Assembly (NCBI GenBank): GCA_965226495.1
Contig: OZ245365.1
Location: 5,529,783-5,593,782, forward strand
Direction of reading: 5' to 3'
Origin: Candidatus Marinacidobacterales bacterium
GTDB lineage: Bacteria; Acidobacteriota; Vicinamibacteria; Marinacidobacterales; DATDRI01
DNA: 64,000 bases
Part shown: positions 36,171 through 45,719 of the stretch, piece by piece
How the letters are laid out: the number at the start of each line of letters is the position of its first letter
Numbering within the stretch: the first letter of the stretch is position 1
Made by a program: the position numbers and the translations under genes
Notes under the pieces: model-generated
Told to the model about the DNA's origin: nothing
Seen by the model: the letters and a program-made list of their open reading frames with translations, nothing else
Databases searched by the model: none

Positions 36171-38318
36171 ATGATGATAATGATAGCCGTGACGACAAGG
36201 CAAACCGCTGCTCGGTTGGCCGCCTGCACCTGCCTCTGGGTGACAGCGCTCTTTGCCACATCGTGCAATTGGCTCTCAGATGAGCCACCACCAGCGGCAC
36301 GGCACCTCGTCCTCGTCACCATCGACACGTTGCGCGCCGATCGTCTCGGGATCTACGGCAACAAGGACGTGGCCACACCACACATGGACCGGCTGGCGGA
36401 AGAAGGAGCGATGGCACCGGACGCAACGGTCCATGTGCCTCTGACTCGTCCCTCACACGCGTCCCTGTTTTCCGGTCTCCTGCCTTCAGAGCATGGTATC
36501 CGCGATAATGTCGCACCGAGCCTCGACCCCGACATCCCGTTGCTAGCCGAGGTCCTGAAGGCAGCGCGCTTTCGCACCGCCGCCTTCGTCTCTTCGGTCG
36601 TGCTCGAAGCGCAGTCCGGCCTCGACCGAGGCTTCGAACTCTACGGCGATGAGTTCGAAGAAGAAGACGGTGACGACGCGCGTTTCCTGAACACGGTCCA
36701 GAAACGTGGTGACCTCACGATGGACGACGCCCTGGCTTGGCTCGAGTCGAATAGCGCCGGCGACAGGCTCTTCGCGTGGATCCATCTTTACGATCCGCAC
36801 GACCCCTACGAACCTCCCGAGCCCTATGCCACTCAATACGCCGACCGACCCTACGACGGCGAGGTGGCGTGGTCCGATGAGCTGCTCGGTCGCCTCGACG
36901 AGAAACTAGAACTATTGGGTCTACGGGACGACACGCTCCTCATCGTGACATCTGATCACGGCGAAGGCTTGGGAGACCACGGGGAAACCCTTCACGGTTT
37001 CTTCCTCTACCAATCGACTCTCGCCGTGCCACTCCTCTTTCGTGGGCCCGGCGTGGTTCCCGGTCAGCGCCTGTCGGTGACCGCGCGAACTATCGATCTG
37101 TTTCCAACAATGCTCGACCTGCTGGGCTTGAACATTCCGCCGGAGATCCACGTCTCCGGACGTAGCCTGGCAGGTGCGCTGCGGGGAAGGGAAGACCTCG
37201 CCGAGGAATCGTCTTATGCCGAAACCTTGGTGCCGCTTCTCCATTTCGGATGGAGCGATCTCCGATCATTCCGCAAAGGTCGTTGGAAATACATCGAGGC
37301 ACCTCGCCCGGAGCTTTACGACTTGGAGAACGATCCGGGGGAGACGAAGAATCTGGTGAGATCGAAATCGTCCGCGGCCGACTCCCTCCGGTCCAGTCTC
37401 GCTCAAGTTCTCGAGGCGGAGCGCGCGACAGCAAAGTCCGACGTGAGCGATGTCCCTCGCGATCTTCTCGAGAAGCTGGGGGCGCTCGGTTACCTCGGTG
37501 CCGGCGCGTCGGCGACGGAATCCCCGGGAGCGGATCCCAAGGACAAGATCGAAGAGTTTCGTGTCGCGAACGCCTTGATCCGGGAAGGACTCACTCTCTT
37601 CCGCGAGAAGAAATTTTCTCAAAGCATCGAGCGGTTCGAGGAATTGCTCCGTCGACGAATCGAGAGTTTCGAAGTGCACTACTATCTTGGCCGTGGGCTT
37701 TTGGCCTCGAAACGATACTCGGAGGCGGCACCTCACTTCGAAAAGGCGATCGAGCTCCAACCGAGTTACGCAGCTGCCTACGAAGCGCTTGCCGAGTGCC
37801 GCGCCAGCAACGAGGATCTGGAAGGCGCGGTGGCGGCCCTGCAGGAGGGTCAGCGGGCCGTTCCCGGCGACGCCGGGCTGTTCAAACGCGAAGCGAGGGT
37901 TTGGCGATTGCTCAAGAACGGACAGGAGGCACGCCGCGCTTATGAAGCCGCCCTTCCGCTGGCACCCGATGACGCCCTCCTTCGCGTGCAGCTCGGGGAG
38001 CTTCTCCGCGATTTGGGTCACTTAGACGATTCGGTGCGGCGCCTGAAGGAAGCGATCGAGCTCGAGCCTGACCGGGCGTCCTTCTGGAACTCCCTCGGAA
38101 TGGTGCTGGGAGGAAGGGACCAACTCGACGAAGCCGAAAACGCCTTCCGGGAGGCATGGAAGCGGGACGAGTCCAACGCCCAGTACGCCTACAACCTCGG
38201 TTTGGCGCTTCTCCGTCTAGGACGCGCTGAGGAAGCTCGGGGTTTCTTCGAAACCACCCTTCAACTAGACCCGAAGTTCGAAGCCGCCCGCGTCCGTCTC
38301 GTCCAAATGGGCTCCTGA
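36171..38318 (+). CDS. Sulfatase-like (alkaline-phosphatase superfamily) domain fused to C-terminal TPR repeats; Thr in place of the formylglycine Cys/Ser
   Basis: LVLVTIDTLRADRLGIYGN, TPHMDRLAEEGA, then VPLTRPSHASLFSG aligned to the canonical C-T-P-S-R-A-S-L-L-T-G gives T-R-P-S-H (nucleophile Thr, Arg to His). The C-terminal about 280 aa are TPR units. Lipoprotein-like signal (…ALFATSC). Start ATG 36171; the track start is 36111. Confidence 0.72.
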   Translation: MMIMIAVTTRQTAARLAACTCLWVTALFATSCNWLSDEPPPAARHLVLVTIDTLRADRLGIYGNKDVATPHMDRLAEEGAMAPDATVHVPLTRPSHASLFSGLLPSEHGIRDNVAPSLDPDIPLLAEVLKAARFRTAAFVSSVVLEAQSGLDRGFELYGDEFEEEDGDDARFLNTVQKRGDLTMDDALAWLESNSAGDRLFAWIHLYDPHDPYEPPEPYATQYADRPYDGEVAWSDELLGRLDEKLELLGLRDDTLLIVTSDHGEGLGDHGETLHGFFLYQSTLAVPLLFRGPGVVPGQRLSVTARTIDLFPTMLDLLGLNIPPEIHVSGRSLAGALRGREDLAEESSYAETLVPLLHFGWSDLRSFRKGRWKYIEAPRPELYDLENDPGETKNLVRSKSSAADSLRSSLAQVLEAERATAKSDVSDVPRDLLEKLGALGYLGAGASATESPGADPKDKIEEFRVANALIREGLTLFREKKFSQSIERFEELLRRRIESFEVHYYLGRGLLASKRYSEAAPHFEKAIELQPSYAAAYEALAECRASNEDLEGAVAALQEGQRAVPGDAGLFKREARVWRLLKNGQEARRAYEAALPLAPDDALLRVQLGELLRDLGHLDDSVRRLKEAIELEPDRASFWNSLGMVLGGRDQLDEAENAFREAWKRDESNAQYAYNLGLALLRLGRAEEARGFFETTLQLDPKFEAARVRLVQMGS

Positions 38319-38325
38319 CCTCCGG

Positions 38326-39507
38326 TTAGGTCGCTGCCTCCAACGCCTGCGTCAAATCGGCAATGAGATCTTCCGTGTCTTCGATCCCCACCGAGTAACG
38401 GACGAGCCCTTCCGGAATCCCCAATGACTCGCGCTCTTGGGGCGTGAGCTCTACGTGACTCGTCGTCGCGGGAGGGCCGGCAATGGTCTCCACCGAGCCC
38501 AAGTGCGCGGCCAAGTGTGCGTATCGGAGCCGCGGTAAGAAACCTCGAACGCTTTCGAACCCTCCCTTCAATTTGAAGCTGACAATGCCACCGAAGCCCG
38601 TCATTTGTCGACGCGCAATCTCATGGTGAGGATCCGACTCGAGCCCAGGATAATAAACCTGATCGATGGTGGGATGTTTTTCGAGGAAGCGTGCGATTTC
38701 GAGAGCGCTGGCGTTTTGTTGGCGGATACGGAGGTGCAGCGTCTTCATTCCTCGGAGCAGTAAATAGGCGGCCATCGGATGAAGCGAGGGGCCGGTGATC
38801 TCTCGATAGTGTGATATCTGCTGGACGAGATCGTGCCTTCCACAGACCACACCTCCCAACGCGTCGGCGTGTCCACCCAGGAATTTCGTCGCACTGTGAA
38901 CGACCAGATCTGCGCCGAGCTCGAGAGGTCTCTGGTTCACTGGTGTTGCAAAGGTATTGTCGACAACAACGATGGCACCTGTTTCGTGAGCCGCTTTCGA
39001 AAGATGGGCGATATCGACCAACTTCAGAGTCGGGTTGGTCGGGGTCTCGAGGTATACGATCCGGCATCCCCGAGCGATGGCGGCTTCGATCGCTTCGGGA
39101 TCGGTGGTTTCACAAAGCGTCGCTTCCATCTTGACGCGCGGAAAAAACTCGAGGAATAGCTTACTCGTCCCACCATAGGTGTCTTTGGTGGAGACGACGC
39201 GGTCTCCCGAGGAAAGCAGGCCAAAAAACGTACTGGTGACGGCCGCCATGCCGGTGGAAAAGCTGGTCGCCGCCTCGGCGCCTTCGAGCGCGCGCACTTT
39301 TTCTTCGAAGACCTGGACGGTGGGATTCGACTGGCGGCCGTAGATGTGTCCCGACTCCTCGGACTTGGCAACGCGCAGCCATTCGTCCAGATCCGGATAG
39401 CCGAACGAAACGCTGTGGACAACGGGCACCTGGGTCGCGTGCTGCCACCCCTCGCCGCCTTCGCCCGCCCAAACGGCTTGCGTCCCTATCTTGGGTTTTT
39501 TTTCCAT
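38326..39507 (-). CDS. Cys/Met-metabolism PLP-dependent enzyme (cystathionine gamma-synthase/gamma-lyase family)
   Basis: Fold-type I PLP-enzyme pattern with ...VVHSATKFLGGHADALGGVV (PLP lysine in SATK) and conserved N-terminal GTQAVWAGE. Confidence 0.8.
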   Translation of the reverse strand: MEKKPKIGTQAVWAGEGGEGWQHATQVPVVHSVSFGYPDLDEWLRVAKSEESGHIYGRQSNPTVQVFEEKVRALEGAEAATSFSTGMAAVTSTFFGLLSSGDRVVSTKDTYGGTSKLFLEFFPRVKMEATLCETTDPEAIEAAIARGCRIVYLETPTNPTLKLVDIAHLSKAAHETGAIVVVDNTFATPVNQRPLELGADLVVHSATKFLGGHADALGGVVCGRHDLVQQISHYREITGPSLHPMAAYLLLRGMKTLHLRIRQQNASALEIARFLEKHPTIDQVYYPGLESDPHHEIARRQMTGFGGIVSFKLKGGFESVRGFLPRLRYAHLAAHLGSVETIAGPPATTSHVELTPQERESLGIPEGLVRYSVGIEDTEDLIADLTQALEAAT

Positions 39508-39541
39508 GCATGCCACCTATTCCTCTCCTAATTCCTCCGAG

Positions 39542-41239
39542 CTATCGGAAGGGGAACGTACCGACGACTCCTAACCCCTCGACCACGAGAGCCAGTTCAC
39601 CCGCCCGCAGTGGTCCCAACGTCTCCTCGCCGGCGCCTGGCCAATAGATACGCGCACTCGGAACCTCGGTCTTGGATCCCAGACCAATGTGTACCACGAG
39701 CTCGTTCTGGGATGCATAGCTCGAGCCGGCGCGGACCTCGGTCGTCATAGGCTCGTCTCCTCCAATGTCCAAGACCAGGCGAGCACCGACCGCGTTGCGG
39801 TTGGCGGCCCGTCCGATTAGCAAAAGACGAAGTGCGTTCCCTGACGATGTCTCGTTTGCAAGCAAGTCCGGCCGGTCACCCGAGTTGGCAAAGAGCAGGT
39901 CTAGATCGCCGTCTCCTTCGAGGTCAGCCACCGCTAGACCGCGGCTGACCTTCACCAGCTCGAAACCCGGGCCGACCTCCAGGACCTCGTTGAATCGACC
40001 ACTACCTCGATTCCAAAAGATTTGATTCCGCTGCGGGTAGGACGAACCCTCGGTCAATTCTGAGGTGTTATCCAGAACATGCCCGTTGGCCGCGACGATG
40101 TCGAGAAATCCATCATTATTCAAATCGGCGAAGGCGGTTCCGAACCCGAGAGAGCGGAGCGAAGGACGACCAACCCCTGCATAAGAAGACACATCGGTAA
40201 AGAAACCACCCTGGTCGTTTCGATACAGCGTGTTGAGCTCACCTTGGAAGTTCGTGACGACGAGATCGAGATCACCGTCCCGATCGTAATCACCTACATC
40301 AACACCCATTCCAGCGAGGGCTCGGCCATCCCCATCGTAGGCCACACCGGATTGGAGAGCCTCTTCCGTGAAGTATAACCCTCCGTGGTTTCGAAAGAGA
40401 AAATTGGGAACGGTGTCGTTGGCCACGTACAGATCGCTGAGACCGTCCCCGTCGTAGTCGAACGCCAGGACGCCGAGACCTTTCCCCGACGGTAGTGCGA
40501 TGCCCGCTTGCTGACTCACATCTTCGAACGTGCCGTCGCCTCGATTACGGAATAGAGCATCGGGCAACCCACGAAAAGCGTCGGGCAGGCAATAGGAGCG
40601 AAGAACCTTGCCTCCTTTACGCTGTGAACAATCGGGATTGTTGTCGAAGCCGAAGTCCAGGTAGTTCGACACATAGAGGTCCAAGTTGCCGTCGCCATCG
40701 AGATCGGACCAACTCGCACCGACACTCCAAAGGTGGCTGACGACACCGGCCCACTCCGCCACCTCGGCAAAACTCCCGTCGCCGTTGTTGCGGAAGAGTC
40801 GGTTGGGACCAAACTCCGTGACGTAGAGATCTACGTCACCGTCATTGTCGTAGTCACTCGCGGCGGCACCCATTCCATAGCCTGGGAAAGTCAATCCGGA
40901 AAAAGCTGTGACGTTCGAAAAACGTCCCTGGCCATCGTTCCGGTAAAGGGCACCGGTCACAGACTCTTCCCGTTGGAAGCCGGGAAGCATACCTCCGTTT
41001 ACCAAGTAGAGGTCCGGGTCGAGATCTCCGTCGTAGTCGAAGAAGACCACGCCGGCGCCCATCGTCTCGATCATGTACTTCTCCCCCGAGGCTCCGGTGA
41101 CGTGGGTGAAATCGATTCCCGCACGTGCAGTAATGTCGACGAATTGGAAGGTCGGGGGTTCCTGTGCGGGAGACAAAGACGGTAGGGCGATTACAATCGC
41201 GATGACCGGGACGTGAGAAAGACGCTCCACGCGCGGCAT
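39542..41239 (-). CDS. CRTAC1-like secreted protein (FG-GAP/VCBS repeats plus ASPIC/UnbV C-terminal domain)
   Basis: Signal peptide. Repeated FDYDGDGxxDLYV motifs (seven-bladed integrin-like propeller). C-terminal ...RNAVGARLVLDIGGDEPMTTEVRAGSSYASQNELVVHIGLG. Confidence 0.7.
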   Translation of the reverse strand: MPRVERLSHVPVIAIVIALPSLSPAQEPPTFQFVDITARAGIDFTHVTGASGEKYMIETMGAGVVFFDYDGDLDPDLYLVNGGMLPGFQREESVTGALYRNDGQGRFSNVTAFSGLTFPGYGMGAAASDYDNDGDVDLYVTEFGPNRLFRNNGDGSFAEVAEWAGVVSHLWSVGASWSDLDGDGNLDLYVSNYLDFGFDNNPDCSQRKGGKVLRSYCLPDAFRGLPDALFRNRGDGTFEDVSQQAGIALPSGKGLGVLAFDYDGDGLSDLYVANDTVPNFLFRNHGGLYFTEEALQSGVAYDGDGRALAGMGVDVGDYDRDGDLDLVVTNFQGELNTLYRNDQGGFFTDVSSYAGVGRPSLRSLGFGTAFADLNNDGFLDIVAANGHVLDNTSELTEGSSYPQRNQIFWNRGSGRFNEVLEVGPGFELVKVSRGLAVADLEGDGDLDLLFANSGDRPDLLANETSSGNALRLLLIGRAANRNAVGARLVLDIGGDEPMTTEVRAGSSYASQNELVVHIGLGSKTEVPSARIYWPGAGEETLGPLRAGELALVVEGLGVVGTFPFR

Positions 41240-41323
41240 TATAGCGGTAGTCGGCCGGAGTGGCCGGATCCTGACACCCGTCCTATACTACCGCCACCAT
41301 TCACCGGGAACCCGGGTTTCATC

Positions 41324-42109
41324 ATGAGCCACAAGAAACCACCTTCTGGAACGCAGGCAGTATTGCGTGCAATCGCGTTACTCAAAGCCTTCACCGGAGA
41401 CAAGCCGGAGATGGACCTTCCAGATCTCGCCGATCGGGTGGGCCTTACCAGGACGACGACACACCGCTTGTTGTCCGCTCTGGAAAGTGAGGACCTCGTT
41501 GCCAAGGATCCGTTGTCCCATGGTTACCGCTTGGGGCCGGCCGCGATCGCTCTAGGGTCTCGAGCGTTGCGCACGAACGACTTGCGTAAGATTGCCCGGC
41601 CGTACCTTGAATCGCTAGCCGCTCGCACTCGGGAAACGGCAACACTCGAAGTATTGGTAGATGGCTGGATGTTGATCCTCGATGAAGTGCTGGGGGCGCA
41701 TTTGGTCGGTACGACTCCTTCGGTCGGAACGTCCTGGGCCATCCATGCGACCTCCACCGGTAAGGTGTTGCTCGCACACCTGCCGGAAACCGATCGAAAG
41801 AAGCTCTTGAAGAAACCTCTTACTCGCTATACCCCGCGCACCATTACCGACTCGCGAGAGCTGCAAAAAGAATTCGATCAGGCGCGCCAGCGGGGTTACG
41901 CGATTGCTGCGGAAGAGCTCGAGGAGGGTTACGTGGCGGTGGGCGCGACCATCACCGGTCCACTCGGGAACCCAGTCGGAAGTCTGAGCGTCGGAGGTCC
42001 CAGTGTTCGTCTCAAGCGGAACCAGCTTTCCGATCTGGGAAAGCTCGTCACCGCAGCTGCCCGCCAGGTCTCGATACGTCTAGGCTACGAGACCACCGAC
42101 TTCAAGTGA
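41324..42109 (+). CDS. IclR-family transcriptional regulator
   Basis: N-terminal HTH (VLRAIALLKAFTGDKPEMDLPDLADRVGLTRTTTHRLLSALESEDLV) and C-terminal IclR effector-binding fold. Start chosen at ATG 41324. Confidence 0.8.
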   Translation: MSHKKPPSGTQAVLRAIALLKAFTGDKPEMDLPDLADRVGLTRTTTHRLLSALESEDLVAKDPLSHGYRLGPAAIALGSRALRTNDLRKIARPYLESLAARTRETATLEVLVDGWMLILDEVLGAHLVGTTPSVGTSWAIHATSTGKVLLAHLPETDRKKLLKKPLTRYTPRTITDSRELQKEFDQARQRGYAIAAEELEEGYVAVGATITGPLGNPVGSLSVGGPSVRLKRNQLSDLGKLVTAAARQVSIRLGYETTDFK

Positions 42110-42441
42110 GACCGCAACTCGAAACGAGGAGCAGACAGGTCCTCGCGGCCCTCGATGACCGCGACATCTTCATTGTTGGCGGCGACTCCGAACAACCGAG
42201 AGGGGAATTCCCCTCCGCCAATGCTCTTCTCGCCGCGATCCGGAACTCCAAGCATCAATTCGATGAGATCGAGATGGCTGCCTATCCGGAAGGCCATCCC
42301 TTCCTCAGTGACGCAGAGTTACTCGAAGCTCTTCACGAGAAACAACCCTTCGCCTCCTATATGAGCAATGGCGGAAGAAACTGCTGGCACGGCTCGAAAC
42401 CATGTTGGCTTGAGGGTAGGATAGACCGGCCAGGAATGTAA
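42106..42441 (+). pseudogene. Methylenetetrahydrofolate reductase (MetF) internal fragment, about 80 aa
   Basis: DIFIVGGDSEQPRGEFPSANALLAAIRNSKHQFDEIEMAAYPEGHPFLSDAELLEALHEKQ aligns with E. coli MetF residues about 110-190 (IVALRGDLPP...[28 protein letters not shown]). No FAD-binding N-terminus or C-terminus is present. Confidence 0.6.
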
Positions 42442-42461
42442 ACGGACGAGGAGAACTCGGC

Positions 42462-43694
42462 ATGGAGCTCTATGACTTGGGAGATCGCCCGGCGCTGGGA
42501 GAAGTTCCATCGAAGATGCACGCATTCACCGTACGGCAAGACCGTTTCGGAGAACCGCGCGATGCCTGGAAGCGAGAGGTCATCCCGACGCCCACGATCG
42601 GTGATCAAGAGGTTCTTGTCTACGTCATGGCGACAGGGATCAACTACAACAACGTCTGGGCCGCTCTTGGCAAACCCCTGGACGTGATCGCCGAGCGACA
42701 GAAGAAAGGCGAGCCGGAAGATTTTCACGCCGGCGGGAGCGACTGTTCGGGGATCGTCTGGAAAGTGGGTGAGAAGGTCACGAACGTCAAGCCGGGAGAC
42801 GAAGTCGTCGTCCATAGCGGTTGGTGGGAACCGGACGATCCGTGGGTCCTATCGGGCAAGGATCCCATGCTCGCGGAGAGCACGCGGATCTGGGGGTATC
42901 AGACCAACTACGGTAGCTATTGCCAATTCGCACGGGCGCAATCGCATCAATGCCAACCCAAGCCCAAACATCTGACCTGGGATGCAGCCGGGTGCTACAT
43001 GCTTTGCGCCTCCACCGCTTATCGAATGCTGATGGGTTGGTCCCCCAACGTCGTGGAGTCAGGAGACGTGGTACTGGTTTGGGGCGCAGCGGGTGGACTA
43101 GGAAGCATTGCCTTACAAATCGTCAAAGCCGCGGGAGGGCGGGCCGTCGCGGTCGTCTCCGACGATGCCAAGAAAGAGTTTTGCCTCGAGCACGGAGCGG
43201 TAGGGGTCATCAATCGCAAGAACTTCGACCACTGGGGAGCCATGCCGAACACGGCCAGCCCTGAGTACGGAGCGTGGGCGAAGGGTGCGCGGTCCTTCGG
43301 CAAAGCCTTATGGGAGGCCCTCGGCGAGAGGACGAATCCACGAATCGTTTTCGAGCATCCGGGTGAGGCGACGCTTCCGACTTCGATCTTCGTCGCCGCC
43401 ACCGGCGGCATGGTCGTTATATGCGCCGGGACCACCGGATACACCGCGACCATGGACCTTCGTTATCACTGGATGCGTCAAAAGCGATTTCAAGGAAGCC
43501 ACTTGTCCAATGACGAACAGGCGGCGGCCATCAATCAGCTCGTCATCGATGGCAAAGTTGACCCCTGCCTTTCGAAGACTTTGTCTTTCGACGAGATCGG
43601 TGAGGCTCATCAATTGATGCATGAGAACCGTCATCCGTACGGAAACATGGCCTGTCTGGTGAACGCGACGGAGCCCGGGCAAGGCGCATCGTAG
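42462..43694 (+). CDS. ccr: Crotonyl-CoA carboxylase/reductase-family enoyl reductase (MDR superfamily)
   Basis: [25 protein letters not shown] is the characteristic Ccr segment. NADPH-binding [19 protein letters not shown]. Confidence 0.72.
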   Translation: MELYDLGDRPALGEVPSKMHAFTVRQDRFGEPRDAWKREVIPTPTIGDQEVLVYVMATGINYNNVWAALGKPLDVIAERQKKGEPEDFHAGGSDCSGIVWKVGEKVTNVKPGDEVVVHSGWWEPDDPWVLSGKDPMLAESTRIWGYQTNYGSYCQFARAQSHQCQPKPKHLTWDAAGCYMLCASTAYRMLMGWSPNVVESGDVVLVWGAAGGLGSIALQIVKAAGGRAVAVVSDDAKKEFCLEHGAVGVINRKNFDHWGAMPNTASPEYGAWAKGARSFGKALWEALGERTNPRIVFEHPGEATLPTSIFVAATGGMVVICAGTTGYTATMDLRYHWMRQKRFQGSHLSNDEQAAAINQLVIDGKVDPCLSKTLSFDEIGEAHQLMHENRHPYGNMACLVNATEPGQGAS

Positions 43695-43713
43695 ATCCCA
43701 ACCTTGTGAAGAT

Positions 43714-44229
43714 TTGAAGCTCGATAAAGCTCTCTTCGCACTCGTGCTAGCCCTGTGCGTCTTGGTCGGCGCACTGATGCTCGTTCCCGACCGGTCGGAC
43801 TACCACGGTATCACCCACCCGGACTTCCCGAGCTTGTTGCAAGGCGGCCCCGGCGCGGAGCGGCACGCGCGCGTCATGGGGCTCGGATGGGCCTTCGGTA
43901 CTCTTCAACTCGTATTCTTCGCCTGCCTCATCGCCTTCGGAGCTAAAAAGCAGCATGGCTTACGCGGTCTCGGGAAGCCGCTTCTCTTCGGCCTAGCCTT
44001 GAATACGGCCGTTTGGACACTCTGTGTTCTTACATACCGTGTTTATTTGACGGAGCCGACTCACATGCTCCTGCTGGGACTTCCGCTATCGACCGCGATC
44101 ATGGCCTACGGAATGTGGCTCGCCCCGACCATCTACACTTTTCTCTTCGTGTTCGGCTTCAAGCGTTGGTACCTCTCGGACCAAGATCTCGCAGCTTACG
44201 ATCGTCTTATGGAAAGCAAACAGCAATGA
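43714..44229 (+). CDS. Small membrane protein, DUF4212-like putative symporter small subunit (recalled from memory)
   Basis: 171 aa, four TM helices. Its stop overlaps the start of the adjacent Na+/solute symporter (ATGA), the usual arrangement for this small-subunit family. Confidence 0.5.
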   Translation: MKLDKALFALVLALCVLVGALMLVPDRSDYHGITHPDFPSLLQGGPGAERHARVMGLGWAFGTLQLVFFACLIAFGAKKQHGLRGLGKPLLFGLALNTAVWTLCVLTYRVYLTEPTHMLLLGLPLSTAIMAYGMWLAPTIYTFLFVFGFKRWYLSDQDLAAYDRLMESKQQ

Positions 44230-45719
44230 TGGAGTCACTGCGAAACCCGATCGTCCTCGGGAGCGTCGCCCTCTACATGGCTGTGTGCGTCGGCATGGGC
44301 ATCTGGGCACTCCAACGAACGAAGTCGACGCGCGACTTCTTCATGGCCGGTCGCAACCTCGGCATGCTCGTTACCGGGGTGGCTCTTTTCTCCAGCATGA
44401 TGAGTGGATTCGGTTTCGTGGGAGGCCCTGGCCTCGTGTACCTCATGGGGATGAGCTCGGTTTGGATGATCGCAACGGTGCCCGCCGGCTGGGCAGTCAC
44501 CGATTTTCTGGTCGCCAAACGTCTACGAGTATTTGCGGGCGTCTTCGACACCATCTCCCTCCCCGACGCGGTGGCGGCCCGATACGGCAGCGAGACAAGC
44601 CGCCTTCTTACTGCGGTTGCTCTCCTCTTGGGTGTCATGGGCTACCTGGCCACACAGATACTCGCCATGGCGATCGTGTTGCAAACGATCCTCCAAAACT
44701 CGCTCGGCGAGATCGGACTGGTGACCTGCGCGGCGATCGCCTGTACGGTCCTCGTTTTCTACAGTGTCACTGGTGGGATCATCGCATCCGTCTACACCGA
44801 TATCGTGCAGGGCACGGTGATGGTCGTGGCGGGTGTGCTCATTTTTTTCACTGCCATCTCTGTATTCGAAGGTGGCGGGAACGCGGCGACGACGATGATC
44901 ATGAACGATGATCCAGAGGCGATCGGTCCCTGGGGAACGCTGGGCATGATCGGCTGTCTCTCTTGGTTCTTCATGTTCACCGTGGGCAATGCCGGACAAC
45001 CTCACATCGTGACCAAAGGCATGATGATCCGGCGGCTCCAAGACTATCAATACATTCCGCTCATTTCCGTTTTCGGATACACCCTGACCGCACTACTTTG
45101 GGTCAGCATCGGACTCGTGATGCGAGCACTGGTCCTCCAGGGGGCTCACCCCGAGCTCGCTACGGCCGACGCCGCCGCACCGGAGTTTCTCCAACACTAC
45201 GCCCATCCGATCCTTGCTGGTTTGGTTTTCGCGGCGCTGTTTGCCGCCATCATGTCGACGGCGGACGTCTTCCTCAATATCGGGGCCGCCGCCGCCGTCC
45301 ACGACATCCCGCGGGCGATCCTCCGCCGTCCCCTCGCGAACGAGCTCTTCTGGGCTCGCGCGGGCACGATTGTCATCGCGGTCGTCGCTCTACTCTTCGC
45401 GATGTACTCCTACTATGAGAACGCTCGTTTTGTCGCGTTGCTGGGCGCTTTCGGATGGGGTACTTTCGGAGCGGCGCTGGTGCCGGTGGTCGCCATCGGG
45501 TTCAATTGGAAACGGGCTACACCTTTGGCGGCTAACGTCGCCATCGTATCGAGTCTGCTCGTGAACTTTGGTATCGAAGTCTTCGACGTCAGCATCCCTC
45601 ATAACATTCACGGCGGCACGATTTCGTTGCTGGTTTCCTTATTCCTGTTTTTCACAATCTCTTTTGCTTCGACCCCGCCGAAATTGAGTGCCGACGTCGA
45701 AGCTGCGATGGACATCTGA
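44226..45719 (+). CDS. Sodium:solute symporter (SSS family)
   Basis: Starts MMESLRNPIVLGSVALYMAVCVGMGIWALQRTKSTRDFFMAGRNLG, the SSS N-terminus, with about 13 TM helices. The track ORF start at 44013 is an out-of-context extension. Confidence 0.85.
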   Translation: MMESLRNPIVLGSVALYMAVCVGMGIWALQRTKSTRDFFMAGRNLGMLVTGVALFSSMMSGFGFVGGPGLVYLMGMSSVWMIATVPAGWAVTDFLVAKRLRVFAGVFDTISLPDAVAARYGSETSRLLTAVALLLGVMGYLATQILAMAIVLQTILQNSLGEIGLVTCAAIACTVLVFYSVTGGIIASVYTDIVQGTVMVVAGVLIFFTAISVFEGGGNAATTMIMNDDPEAIGPWGTLGMIGCLSWFFMFTVGNAGQPHIVTKGMMIRRLQDYQYIPLISVFGYTLTALLWVSIGLVMRALVLQGAHPELATADAAAPEFLQHYAHPILAGLVFAALFAAIMSTADVFLNIGAAAAVHDIPRAILRRPLANELFWARAGTIVIAVVALLFAMYSYYENARFVALLGAFGWGTFGAALVPVVAIGFNWKRATPLAANVAIVSSLLVNFGIEVFDVSIPHNIHGGTISLLVSLFLFFTISFASTPPKLSADVEAAMDI

